The notes: generated by a model from the letters alone, not told the origin. Positions 1 to 13,592 are shown, numbered from the stretch's first letter. The stretch is DNA of 64,000 nucleotides from Eledone cirrhosa (GCA_964016885.1 OZ024743.1:4898001-4962000); one strand, 5' to 3'. A program made the numbers and translations.

Positions 1-240
1 CTTAGGGACTCCCACTTGGACTGATTCTTCTTCCGTTTTTGTTGTTGCTTTCTTTGAATTTTGATTGATTTGTTTTACATATTCTGTTGTTTGGGTTTTT
101 TTTCAGTTTTATAGCTTGTTTTAGTTGAGGTTTCGGTTTTCTTTTGTATTTTTAAAGTAATAGATGGGTTTTATCATAAATAGTGCCAAATTGTTACAAA
201 TCAAAGATGGCCCTATTAATTACAACGATGCGGGTCTCAT

Positions 241-316
241 TTACAGTTGGTGATGACCCTGGCATTCACCAGAGGTCTTTTCAACGTTCACAGTCTTCAA
301 ACCACATGACACTTTA
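241..316 (-). other. Candidate terminal coding exon (unverified)
   Basis: Minus-strand acceptor tttattacatcccatttcag, then (T)KVSCGLKTVNVEKTSGECQGHHQL*. No homology recognised. Confidence 0.18.
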
Positions 317-482
317 CTGAAATGGGATGTAATAAATGTTTAAACGTTTATAGCTGTCCACATAGCTTATTGTCTACAGAGGAACTAAAGGACACCATAA
401 ATATACTATTGTCACCACCCTCATCCAATAAACGACACGAAAGAATGCAGCTTTGTCATGCATGATTTAGTACCATCTTCAG

Positions 483-575
<93 letters not shown>

Positions 576-655
576 GGAGAGGTGGAGGGAAGAGAGAGAG
601 GTGGAGAGGACGACGATTACTATAATCATTTTCATTTGGGACGACCACATATCAA

Positions 656-692
<37 letters not shown>

Positions 693-695
<3 letters not shown>

Positions 696-767
696 GATGT
701 CCCAAAAAATGTATACAGATGTCAACAGCATTCTAATAAAAGTATGTATACATTTTGCGAGCACACC

Positions 768-770
<3 letters not shown>
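693..770. mobile_element. 78-bp Tc1/mariner-type mini-MITE in (TA)n
   Basis: ta|caggatgtccc...gcacaccctg|ta. Homologous to 18982-19081. Confidence 0.78.
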
Positions 771-804
<34 letters not shown>

Positions 805-809
<5 letters not shown>

Positions 810-972
810 GTTTCTACTTTAGGCACAAGGCCAGCACTGGTACTTTATTTTTATCGACCCCGTAAGGATGAAAGGCAAAGTTAACCTCGACGGGATTTGA
901 ACTCAGACTGTAAAGGGACGTAACTATGCTGGAAAGCATGGCGTCCGACCCTCTACCGATACTGCCAATCCA
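805..972 (-). mobile_element. tRNA-headed SINE, main family (internally shortened copy)
   Basis: On the - strand: A-box-like ggattggcagtatcggtag, B-box-like gagttcaaatccc, body tttgcctttcatccttacggggtcgataaaataaagtaccag, tail gtagaaacaatta. Confidence 0.88.
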
Positions 973-1073
973 ATGATCGGTGATTACTATAATCATTTGC
1001 ATTTGGGACGACTATATTTCATATGTATATATATGAAGTGTTACCGTACTCTATGTAGGCTACAGAACTGTTT

Positions 1074-1207
1074 AGTTATGTAATAAACAACATAAGACAA
1101 TTATTTCATTTACCAAAGGTTTCACGAAAACAGACGTCTGTGTCAAGCTCATCTGTCTTCGTGAAATCTTTGGTAAATGAAATAATTATCTTATGATGTT
1201 TATTACA

Positions 1208-1213
<6 letters not shown>
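1074..1213. repeat. Imperfect palindrome (~60-bp arms) abutting (TA)n
   Basis: tagttatgtaataaac...tttaccaaaggtttcacgaaaacaga / tctgtcttcgtgaaatctttggtaaatg...tttattacataacta. Confidence 0.88.
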
Positions 1214-1275
<62 letters not shown>

Positions 1276-1898
1276 AAATGTGGTCATCCCAATTGCAAAT
1301 TATTGTAGTAATCGTCGATCACTATAAACAATAGTTGAAAAGTCGGATAAACCATTCCCAGAGATTAAAAGTACTAGGCACCCTCGAATGCTAAATGAAT
1401 GTGTTAGCTATTATGCTAAGTCGTCCATGGTCACCGTCTTTTATAAGATTTGAAGCCTATAGCTAGAAGTGTAAAGATGCGACTGACTTAAGAGGCTTTG
1501 GGAATATTTGAAATTTTAAATGTAGTCATTCCAAATGCAAATGACTGTAGGGACAATTGATTATTATAAACAATAATAGATTAATTGGGTAAAGTACCCC
1601 TGAAGGTGGAAAAAATAGAGAGATGCGGCTGCGAGACACGCACCGGCATCTGAGAGGTGCGTGTTTGATTCCACACAGGTGCTTCTGTACCAAAGTACAG
1701 GTCAATCTGATGATAATTTGAAAATTATAATATTGTCAAAGGTGGTGATAGAATGCCATGCGACATTTGTTCCAATTTCTTACGCCCCGAGTTCAAATCC
1801 CGCCATGGTCTTTTATCCTTTAGTGGTCGATATATATAGTATTAGTCAAGTACTGGTGTCGATTCTGAATCTCTTCACCCAGCCTTCTCCCCCCCCCC

Positions 1899-1954
<56 letters not shown>

Positions 1955-2033
1955 TTGTGGTTGACAGCTGAGAGATTAGATTACTCTCAATACTAAAGTA
2001 GAGTTTTAATATTCATCAGACAAGATATATATG

Positions 2034-2078
<45 letters not shown>

Positions 2079-2611
2079 TCAATAAAAACACGTGGAACAT
2101 ATACAGGAAACAGAAAACTCGGAAGAGAGAAGCACATGGACAATTCCCGCTCAATGGATCAACTATGTTGCCCTTCGTGAGAAGGGTCCTGGGTGATAGC
2201 TCATAGGGTCCCTTTATATAGAAATGGAGAAGGGTTAAGCAAGACGCTAGCAACTACTTCTCACAGAAAACTTCATATGCTTCCAAGGATTCATCCAATC
2301 CAATCCAAGTATGAAAAATCAGGCATAAAATCGATGAAAAAAGAATTAGTGTAAGAAATTTATAGAGAACTATGAAATACACAATTTCTTTGGAAATTCT
2401 ATTTTTACTGAAGTGTTTGACTCTGACTATTATGTAAAGTTAACATAGAATACATTCTGAGAGGACCAGAATATCAACCAAGTGCACAGCAGCTTTCAAC
2501 ACTTTCTCACAGCACAATGTTGATCTACGGATTTAACACGTTAACTGTAAAGATCGATTTCTTCGTGCTTTTAGAGGGTCCTACAAAGTTGTATAACTCT
2601 ATGGTATAGAC

Positions 2612-2830
2612 TAGTCATGTCAAACTGGGGGTTCTCCGAGGGCCACATGGATCACATATGTGTTGTCTGAGGGTCACACACGACAACTAATTGCTCACAT
2701 TACAACTAATTGTTTTTATTTTATATTACGAAGATAAAACATGCTCGCGCTCTAAAAACCTTTGTGCGGGCCGCAGGTGTGATTGTAAAGGGCCGCATGC
2801 GGCCCGCGGGTCGGATATTTGACATGCCGG
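2612..2830. mobile_element. hAT (Charlie-like) MITE
   Basis: Ends tagtcatgtcaaac / tttgacatgccgg, subterminal gcggcccgcgg motifs, and a degenerate 8-bp TSD gtatagac / gtataaat. Confidence 0.75.
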
Positions 2831-3293
2831 GTATAAATAGTAGCAGCAGCTTGTAATTGACGAAATATGAGCTGCCAGCAATACGTCAAGGTTTTCTCCG
2901 TGGTTTGTTGTATTGCTCATCGATGATAATTAAAAAAAAGTCAACACATGCTGATCTAATCTCTCTCTTTCTCTCACTCTCCCCTCTCTTTCACTTTCCA
3001 CCCTTCTCTCTTTCACTTCTTTCTTTCTATTTTAGTTGAACTAAATTTAATCTCACATGAATGATTAATTCATGTCGGGCGCCGTGTGGGTTACTTCACT
3101 GTTAGTTGGGATTGCGTTGCGATTTCAATTCCTCGCTGGAAGCAAGTAAATGTCATCAACCAAGACGCATTAAGAAGCGGTACCAACGTCGTGGTTACCT
3201 TATTTTATTTTTATTTATTTTTTTTTTTTTTGCATTGAAAATCTAAGTTTTTACATTTAGTAAAGTAAAAGAGAACGTTATAAATCATACTAA

Positions 3294-3370
3294 TAATTGT
3301 TTCTACTTTAGGCACAAGGCCAGCAATTACCCAGTGTATTACTGGTACTTTTATTTTATCGACCCCGTAA
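3294..3370 (-). mobile_element. 5'-truncated SINE, main family
   Basis: aattgtttctactttaggcacaaggccagc...ttttatcgaccccgtaa. Confidence 0.85.
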
Positions 3371-3693
3371 TAATTAAATACATGATAATTACGATAATTA
3401 AATACGTAATAATTAAATACGTAATAATTAAAGACATGAGGTATGTAGGTTTTCAGAAAAGTGGGGATTGGATTCAAAGTTATAATATATGCAAAAAATA
3501 AGTAGATTCTGATTTCTGAAATTATTTAAAATACATTTTGCGTTACTTATAATCAAATTATCCAGTCATTACTTGGTCTGAAAACATTTGAAGGCGTTCA
3601 ACCCCGATTTCCAAGAAAGATTAGACATGATTACTGAGACAAATATAATCAGCTAGAGAAGATTTCTTACGAGAGAAATTAAATTGCACATAT

Positions 3694-3789
3694 TAATTGT
3701 TTCTACTTTAGGCACAAGGCCAGCAATTACCCAGTGCATTACTGGTACTTTATTTTATCGACCCCGTAAGGATGAAAGGCAAAGTCAAC
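3694..3789 (-). mobile_element. 5'-truncated SINE, main family
   Basis: Same 3' body, extending to gaaaggcaaagtcaac. Confidence 0.85.
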
Positions 3790-4332
3790 ATATTAATGAT
3801 ATATGTAGTTACTATTTTCATTATTTTCATTATCAGTATATTGCAGATATTTATTGATCGATTAAACCATTTATACTCTTTTCTATACTAAGTAAGGAAG
3901 AAATCTTGCTTTGTGAAAAGAGGTATGTGTTTGCAGGTGTCTGTCTATGTATGTGCGTGTGTGTGTATGTGAATGCACGTGGGAAAGTGTATGTGTGTAT
4001 TGAACAGTTTGCATGCGTGAGAATACACGTCTGTGTGAACGCGTGCGCCACAAAATCATGTGTGTGTGTAAATAATTGAAGCGTATACATACGTAAGTGA
4101 TGCAGTAGAGGGGGGGGGGGGGTAAAGGAAATATATTTAATGGTGACTGTAGGTGTGTATGCTAATTAAGTGAAGGTTCTTGACTATACGTGTGGCATAC
4201 ATAGGCGACATAGAAAGATCCGACTATCCTTCCATCCATCCACACATACATACATGCGCACACACACATACACATCTATATATAGATATACATATATCTA
4301 TGCGCGCGCACACACACACACTATATATATGT

Positions 4333-4398
<66 letters not shown>

Positions 4399-4643
4399 GT
4401 ATATATATAGAGAGAGAGAGATACAAAGAGAGAGAGAAAGAGGGAGAGAAAGAAAGGTGTAAAGGGAAAGTGAACGCTATGTTAGTTGGACTTTGAGAAA
4501 TATAAAGAACCAGTGCATGTATATACTGCAATATATTGCATGTTTTGAAGTGGGAGAGAGGGGGGAGAAAGAGAAGCGAGAGATGAGGAGTCAGAGAGGC
4601 CGATTATATTGTTGTGTATGTGTGTTTGAGAGAGAGAAATATG

Positions 4644-4719
<76 letters not shown>

Positions 4720-4925
4720 AATCCCAGATTTATACAAAGAAAACGTGGAGTTGAGATATAGGGAAATAAATGTGGTCGAGAGTTTTTCCTGTTCACGTGC
4801 CTGTGTTTGTGAAAATAGTAAAATTAAATGACATGAGAGCTACCCGAATGTCTATGATTCTCTGCATGCGCGCGCACACACACACAGACTCATACACACG
4901 CAGGCGCACACACACACACACACAA

Positions 4926-5019
<94 letters not shown>

Positions 5020-5481
5020 CCCTGAGCAAAAATTGTATCCACTGAATCGTTGCCATAAGCCATTGGCAGGAAATCTTCATTCACCACTTCTGTGTTCGGA
5101 AGTCTCATTTTAGTACATCCTGCTAACTTCCGAGGTTTACTTCCGTAATTGTAATTCCATTCTGCCCCGCACACTATGCTAGCTTCCTAATTGTCGTTGT
5201 ATTGCTGCCTCACCGAAGTTCTTAAGTCCAAATTGGCGTTTATTATATGATATAACGGAGAATGTCTTCCTGGGATGTGTTCAGATATGTATGACGGGGA
5301 GGAAGGAATTCACATTGCAAGAAGCAAACATCAGTTAAAAGCAACAGACTGCCTTGTGATATTTCCTTACATCTTTTAAATGAAAAACACTACTGAGATC
5401 GACTTTAAAATTTAGTGAAGGCGCATGGTTGAGTGGTTTGAGAATTGGTTTAACAATCGAGGGATAGATAGGTAGATAGAT

Positions 5482-5615
5482 AGATACGACGGGCGTTTGT
5501 AGTTTATGTCTACCAAATTTTACAAAGGTATTATTCAATCGAAGCTACAGTGGAAATTTTCCCGAGCTGCCATACGCGAGACGTGAACTCAAACCCACGG
5601 AGCCACACAGACTTG
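5482..5615 (-). mobile_element. Decayed SINE related to the 25.6-kb copies
   Basis: acgacgggc...gttt..gtctaccaaatt...gtgaactcaaacc. Confidence 0.55.
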
Positions 5616-5739
5616 CGTGTATGGTGACAGGGGTATAATAATTACATTAACATAATAGTAGTTCTTTCATAATAAGCATAATAGTTGTTTCTTCGTTTTC
5701 ATATGTCGCTAGTATCTACTTGTTTTTCATCCGATCAAG

Positions 5740-6063
5740 ATCATCATCATCATCATCATCTTCTTCTTCTTCTTCTTCTTCTTCTTCTTCTTCTTCTTCT
5801 TCTTCTTCTTCTTCTTCTTCTTTGCCCACTTATCTCTGAGAGGCTCTTGGAGGCAGAGTCCTCAAACACTTCTTCCAGCGAGTCCTGTCAGAAGCAACTG
5901 TCTCCAACTGATCCGGCTGGATCCCCAAGCGTGACCAGCCAGACTCATGGATATTATCCAACCACCTTGCTCGGGATCTACTCTTGGGTTTCCTACAGGC
6001 TGGTGTTGCCCGTAAAATCTGTCCAGTGATTCATTCCTGGGACATTCTAACCACATGTCCATA
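5740..6063 (-). mobile_element. 3' end of an RTE (Rex3/Expander-like) LINE with (GAA)n(GAT)n tail
   Basis: The minus frame reads YGHVVRMSQE*ITGQILRATPACRKPKSRSRARWLDNIHESGWSRLGIQPDQLETVASDRTRWKKCLRTLPPRASQR*, directly followed by the trinucleotide tail. Confidence 0.85.
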
Positions 6064-6534
6064 GTATCGGAGCTGTGATCTTTAAATTCGGAGAAGTAGT
6101 GGCTCTAACTGGAGCGATTCTCTGCTCTCCGAGCTAATCACTCTATCGAGTAACGTTACTCCAGAGAATTTTCGGAGGAACCTGTCTGAATCTATTCCTC
6201 TAAAACCATTTTAATGATAGCAATATCATTGCAGATGAACCAAGACTTGTTTGGCTAACTGAGTAATTTTTTAACCATCCAAGCTGTGATCTCTCAATTC
6301 GGCTCTGATGTTGTTATATATTGTAATTGGTTGATTAATTCTTCCTAAAATCAAAAGAAATGTGTTGACTTGCACTATAAGAATCTAACAAATGAAAAGA
6401 AACAAATGCATATTTATGTCAACATTGGTGCTAACTATTTGAATGTTATTGTGCATTACTGATAGCAGCTGTGGCAACATCTGGAAGAAAATGTAATGGT
6501 AGGTATATTTGTATTTGTGTGTGTGTGTTTGTGC

Positions 6535-6642
<108 letters not shown>

Positions 6643-7571
6643 ATATTCATATTCGTTTCTTCGTATAAGTGATCTCATTTTACATATAACCTTTAGTTTG
6701 CCCAACGAAAGGTTATATGTAAAACGAGATTCTACTTATTGAGCTAAGCAGTGAGCATCTACATGGTCGCACAACCTACTAAAACAGCAGTCATATCATA
6801 CTCTGTCGTCTTTTAAAAAATACCGGAAATATTAGATAATGTCTGAGATAGAACGATTTCAGAAACAACGAGATGGTCACAGCTAGAAAGACTTTTGTTA
6901 TAAATCTGCTTAAGTTACGATGATTTGCGCCGAAACAAAAACAATAATAGGCATGAAAAATAGAAATTCCATATGCAATGAAGCCTATGAAGCAAATTCG
7001 TGAAAATAAAAATTGCATATATCTTTTGGTCTCTGTTTTCCGATTAACGGCACTAGAACTAAATTTATATAGAGGTCATGAACTTGATCGCTAGATCGAG
7101 ACAACGTACATAAAATGATGGATTTAATATCTTCTCTCGACCTTTCCATTAGAAAGCGAGCAATAGATCTCACGAAATGCAAAATATTTACATAACAATA
7201 TTGAGAACGAGTTTCTGGTGTTCAGGGAATGATGTGGGCCGTTTTTCCCTTTGAAGTCAATGTCACTGCCGCACCCATCGACTCACGCTTCTAGTGGTTG
7301 ACTTTGTATAAATTGAAAGCGCTGCGGGGAAAATTCTTCGCCACAATGCAGCAACTCTACCTAAGTTTTCCGTGCTTTAGTACTTCAAGCAATTACAGGA
7401 AGAAAAACTGCCAAGAGTGACAACAATGTGTGAAGCAAGAGCGAGTTTGCAATAATTAATCCGTAAAATTCAGTTTCATCTTTATCTCTAAAGGTTTTTT
7501 CACCAGAAATGTTTGCTTTCTTTTTTAATGTGTTTGTATGTATGTGTACAATTATATGAATTATACATCAC

Positions 7572-7653
<82 letters not shown>

Positions 7654-7790
7654 GTATATATGTATATATGTATGTATATATATATATATATATTCCTATA
7701 TATATATATATATTCATATATATATATACATATATATACGTATATGTATATACATGTGTGTATGTGCACATGTGTGTGTATACAGAAAAT

Positions 7791-7887
<97 letters not shown>

Positions 7888-8319
7888 GAGAGGCGGATAT
7901 GAGTATCATGAAATGTGTATATTTGACGGTAAATAAGCCGCCAGGTGTGAATCTCCGGATCGAGTGATAAAAGACCAGTGAGTGAGATTATTACAAAGCA
8001 TAAGGAACAAATAAATGCTTGTCTTCTTTTCACTAAAGCCATTCGACCGTGAACCCCCCCCCCCCGCCGCCTCACACACATGCACACACTCTACCTACCC
8101 ACGTCTCCGTTTAAGGCGTTGACCTTTATTAGTGTTTCTCTCTTTTTAGGCGGGTGTTGGAGGGGAGTTGCAATTATATACAAATAAAAAAAATCTAAAG
8201 ATGGCCGGTACTTGATGTGTACATAGCAGTAAAGTATCTTTCTCTCTTCCTTACACACACACACACACATACTTATGTATAAGTGTATGTGTATATATGC
8301 GTACGTATCTATCTATCTA

Positions 8320-8382
<63 letters not shown>

Positions 8383-8420
8383 GTATATATACATATATAT
8401 ATATATGCATATATATATAT

Positions 8421-8526
<106 letters not shown>

Positions 8527-8564
8527 GTATATATACATATATATATATATATGCATATATATAT

Positions 8565-8595
<31 letters not shown>

Positions 8596-8598
8596 CAT

Positions 8599-8680
<82 letters not shown>

Positions 8681-9034
8681 ATATATATATATGTGTGTGT
8701 GTGTATGTATTACCATTATCAATATTACCATTATTGATTATAATTAGTTTTATTTATTTGTTTATTTATTTATTATTATTATCATCATTATCATCATCAT
8801 CATCAACATCCTATTCATCATTAAGTTGTCTTATTTTTATTGCGTAATGTTGCTGCATTACCGAGCGTAGCTTTATGTGCCTTCGACATATTCCATGTTA
8901 TATTGTGTAATTGATTCTATTGCATAGAAATTTGTCGATATAATACGTGTTGCCTAGTTGCACTATCTTACATATACGTAAGTTTAGGTTAGGTATTTAT
9001 CTGTGAGTGTCTGTGTTTCTCCCCTATTATTATA

Positions 9035-9347
9035 GAGGTTCAAATTCCACCGAGATTAACTTTGCCTTTCATCCTTACGGGGTCGATAAAATAAAGTACC
9101 AGTAATGCACTGGGTAATTGCTAGCCTTGTGCCAAAAACGTAGAAACAATTATTATAGAGGTGGATTGGTAGTATCGGTAGAGGATCAGACGCCATGCTT
9201 TCTAGCATAGTTACGTCCCTTTACGGTCAGAGTTCAAATCCCACCGAGGTTAACTTTGCCTTTCATCCTTACGGGGTCGATAAAACAAAGTACCAGTAAT
9301 ACACTGGGATAATTGCTGGCCTTGTGTCAAAAGTAGAAACAATTATT
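9035..9347 (+). mobile_element. Two tandem SINEs, main family (truncated 9035-9153; full 9159-9347)
   Basis: Both end in gtagaaacaattattatag. Confidence 0.88.
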
Positions 9348-9595
9348 ATAGAATTTGTTTTTGTTTTCATTATTGACATTCAGGTTATCTCTATTTCCAG
9401 ATCTTTATATTTGGATCATTTCCCCACTTTTTTGAGAGATGCATTGCCATCTGTTGGGCCTGATACGTCGAGTATTAGAGTTCTTTTCTTAGTAGTATTT
9501 AACATAAAAGTGTACACGCGTAACTTCTGACATAATGATGCACATACGTATAATAGCCAACTCTAAAGACAATTACAACTAGACACACATTGAAA

Positions 9596-9690
9596 GCGTA
9601 TGGCTGAGTAGTTAGAGAATTGGATTCACAATCTTGAGGTTGTGAGTTCGATTCCTGAGCAAGACACTTTATTTCACGTTCCTCATTCTA
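9596..9690 (+). mobile_element. Fragment of a different tRNA-derived SINE
   Basis: gcgtatggctgagtagttag (A box) ... gagttcgattcc (B box) ... caagacactttatttcacg. Confidence 0.65.
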
Positions 9691-10510
9691 CATGGAGTTG
9701 CGACCGATAGATAGTAATAGCAACTGGAAAGAGTAACGGAAACATTGTTTCCTCGGTCCGATTTGATGAAAGTCGATCGATAAATATATACACATCATTT
9801 GACATATACAGGCACACATACGCAAGTCCAAACACATAACTCAATCCTAAATAGCTAAACTATCCAATATATTACAACTTGACGCAGCATTTGCATAAAA
9901 ACATTTGACGTAAAATATAAAAAGGCACATCACTTTTTACAGGAACAGGCACACATACACGCAACATTATATACATCAGTCCACAGACGAGGTCACTTCC
10001 GGCAGCTTACAAATAAAGGAAGAAAAAATGGTGAAACAGTAACAACTACAATATCAGTTTCTTATTATAATCTCCTGACGAAGGGTTTTAAACTCGAAAT
10101 ATTAGGACAGGTAAATAAAATAACAGGTGACACACCAACATCTTTGTTGCCTTCAATTTATTCCAAAATCTAGCGTCCATTTTACATTGTTGTAGCCTTC
10201 AAACATATTGCTTTATATAATATCATTATCATTATTGTTGTTGATGTTGTTGTCGTCGTCGTGGTTGTTAAATATATATATTCATTTTAAAATTTAAGAT
10301 ATGTATATTTGTATACACTTATACTTAAACATATTGATAAACAAACATAGATATAGGCTGACAGACATACATAGGGAGAGAGAGACATATATATGCGCAT
10401 GTATACAGTCAGTGGAATTGAGACTAATTTCATTGGGAGTATCTCACTGTTTTACTAACTTTGGCAATATGTATAAGCAGTGAATTGGCAACAGCATTGG
10501 AGCATCTGAT

Positions 10511-11104
10511 GTTAACACCTCCACCTGACCTTTGGAGAGTTAACACCTCCACCTGATCTTTGGAGAGTTAACACCTCCACCTGACCTTTGGAGAGTTAAC
10601 ACCTCCACCTCACCTTTGGAGAGTTAACACCTCCACCTCACCTTTGGAGAGTTAACACCTCCACCTGACCTTTGGAGAGTTAACACCTCCACCTCACCTT
10701 TGGAGAGTTAACACCTCCACCTCACCTTTGGAGAGTTAACACCTCCACCTGACCTTTGGAGAGTTAACACCTCCACCTGACCTTTGGAGAGTTAACACCT
10801 CCACCTCACCTTTGGAGAGTTAACACCTCCACCTGACCTTTGGAGAGTTAACACCTCCACCTCACCTTTGGAGAGTTAACACCTCCACCTGACCTTTGGA
10901 GAGTTAACACCTCCACCTCACCTTTGGAGAGTTAACACCTCCACCTGACCTTTGGAGAGTTAACACCTCCACCTCACCTTTGGAGAGTTAACACCTCCAC
11001 CTCACCTTTGGAGAGTTAACACCTCCACCTCACCTTTGGAGAGTTAACACCTCCACCTGACCTTTGGAGAGTTAACACCTCCACCTGACCTTTGGAGAGT
11101 TAAC
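10511..11104. repeat. 28-bp minisatellite, 21 copies, GTTAACACCTCCACCT(G/C)ACCTTTGGAGA
   Basis: GTTAAC recurs every 28 bp from 10511 to 11099. Units differ almost only at one G/C position. There are no unique spacers. Confidence 0.96.
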
Positions 11105-11140
11105 TTTGTTGCAAGCTTTCAGATATTCAAGTTGTCATCT

Positions 11141-11557
11141 AATAATTGTTTCTACTTTTGGCATAAGGCCACCAATTATCCAGTATATTACTGGTACTTT
11201 ATTTTATCGACCCCGTAAGGATGAAAGGCAAAGTTAACCTCGGCGGGATTTGAACTCAGAATGGAAAGGGCCGTAACTCTTTGCGTCAAAGCACGGCGTC
11301 CGACCCTCTACCGATACTGCCAACTAATAATAATAATAATTGTTTCTACTTTAGGCACAAGGCCAGTAATTTTAGTGGAAAGGAAATCGATTAAATCGAC
11401 CCCAGTGCGTGACTGGTACTTTATTTTATCGACCCCGTAAGGATGAAAGGCAAAGTCAACCTCGGCAGGATTTGAACTCAGAACGTAAAGGGACGTAAAT
11501 TGGTGCCGTAAAGTATGTTGTCCGACACTCTCCCGATGCTACCAATGCACCGCCCTA
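11141..11557 (-). mobile_element. Two tandem SINEs (short form 11141-11325; long form 11336-11557)
   Basis: Main-family body, with the two copies separated by (TAA)n. Confidence 0.88.
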
Positions 11558-11837
11558 TCTAATTGTAACTTATTGGAAATTATCATAAAATTCAAATATC
11601 CTAATACAAAATCTTTTTTCCAGTGAAATCGATATTTGATAATTATTAATATATATCTATGAAATTTTTTTTTTTTTTTTTCTTTCAATTTTCTTTTATA
11701 CAAACTGAAGATAAATCTGTTATTCCTAATAAGGGGTATTGTTGGCGACAGGGTGGAAGGTAACAATCTTAGAGACTTTTATTTATAATTAAATTTATTT
11801 TCTATAATAATAATTATTATACTGTAGCTCTATTACG

Positions 11838-11987
11838 GCCCTGCGTTCAAATCCCGCCAAGGTTAGCTTTGCCTTTCATCCTTACAGGGTCGATAAAATA
11901 AAGTACCAGTAACACACTAGGATCGATTTAATCGACTTTCCCCTTCCACAAAATTGCTGGCCTTGTGCCTATAGTAGAAATCATTAT
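11838..11987 (+). mobile_element. 5'-truncated long-form SINE
   Basis: gttcaaatcccgcc...gtcgataaaataaagtaccag...gctggccttgtgcctatagtagaaa. Confidence 0.85.
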
Positions 11988-12504
11988 ACTGTAGCTCTGT
12001 AATGGATAGCAGAATAGGTAGAGCACAACTGGATCTAGTAAGCTTTTTATCCTGCAGCCTTGATAAAATAAAATACCAAATCTAGAATTGATTGAACTGA
12101 TCGATTAAAATCCTCACTAAAATATGCCACCTTAATTTTTTTTTTTTTTTTGTTGTCATATTCCTGATCATACTATATCTTAATTCTTTTTCTCGCTCTC
12201 CTTTCTTTAGCTTTATTTGTGCCTAATGGTGTACCCCCCCCCCCCCCAATCTCTCTCTCTCACCCACTCTCTCTCCCTCTCTCTCTCCTTCTCTGCGTAT
12301 GTTTGTGTAGAAAGTATCATATGATTTAATACGCCACACATCAGTGTGATTGACTGATATATACAGATACAGAATACAGGATAGAACTACAATAGTTGTA
12401 AATAGTATACGATAGTGTAAGAGACACATAGGATAGCATTACTGTAGCAACAATGTACTCTATATATACGAATGAAACAGTTCTAGTCCTGTAGAAGTAA
12501 TTTT

Positions 12505-12540
<36 letters not shown>

Positions 12541-13460
12541 GAAAATGAACGAAGAAAACACAGGAGGCAATTGTACAGTTATATTAGATTATATATATAT
12601 ATGTGAATGTGTGTGTGTGTGTGTATGTGTGTGTGTAAATGTAGCAAGTGATACTACATAGTGTGATTGTATTAAGTGATTCAAAATAGAAGGCGATATT
12701 TAACAAATTTCATATAGTTTTTTTCTATATTGAAACTACGTTTATTTCTGATTAACTCTTTATTCACTCTACGCCTTTGTCAATTATTAACGAAGCACAA
12801 ATATGTTACATTTTTAAGAGAAGAGAAAAGAGACTGTGTGAGGCTCCCGGAGATGTAAATGAAACACTATGTAAATGAAAGTGGGAGGACATCAAGCAAA
12901 AATCGAAAAGCCACTGTGGTCTCGACACCCCAGGAAACTGACCACTTGCTCCATGGTGCTAGCTATAACGTATGAATAATTAAAAGTGACATGAATATAT
13001 TAAAAAAAAAACAGCATTGGTCAATTATAAATAAAGATTTCATGGCCAGCATGAAGTTTATTTGTTTTTTTTTTTCCTTCCGCTGTTTAAAAAAAAATAA
13101 TATAGTATATAGCACCACCAACACAAATTAAGAGGGAAGAGTGAATAATTAGCGAAACAGAGTGTTTGATTTTTCTTTACTTTTATTCTTTCTTTATTTA
13201 TTTATTTGATTAATGGAAAATATAAAAGAATTAAATGATTTTCTATGATATTATATGTATTATATATGAGACTGGATGTTTTGTAAGCAATGGAGTTACA
13301 ATCTCACTGAGTTGTATAGACTGGTTTTAGATATCTTTGTAATTACTACAGTGTGACATTTTACTGGTGTGTGTCCCGATAGATGTATTAATAGACCTAT
13401 TGTGTTGGATTAGTGTCAAATAGAACACATTAGAATGTAATGAGTTCTATCAATTTGCAG

Positions 13461-13592
13461 GTTATAAAGAAAAGAAGGCCCCAGGGCGAGGGAGGTGCGC
13501 TCCTGTTTCGGGCTCTCAACAACTACCTCGGCTATGGTGGCAAGCGAGATAACTCTGCGGGAAAAAAACACTTTATTTCTCTAATTCGGTGA
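13461..13592 (+). other. Candidate exon or short ORF in a repeat-free island (unverified)
   Basis: Follows tttgcag. Reads VIKKRRPQGEGGALLFRALNNYLGYGGKRDNSAGKKHFISLIR*. A donor-like cg|gtgagg overlaps the stop. GC content is locally raised. Confidence 0.22.

Noticed and set aside
5020-5340. Possible exon or LINE fragment
   Set aside because: Stops occur in the candidate frames and I could not assign any motif.
9596-9660. tRNA gene
   Set aside because: A and B boxes are present, but there is no complete cloverleaf and the sequence continues into a SINE body. The same applies to other SINE heads.
10511-11104. CRISPR-like array (28-bp repeat)
   Set aside because: Units are directly adjacent with no unique spacers, there are no cas genes, and the context is eukaryotic.
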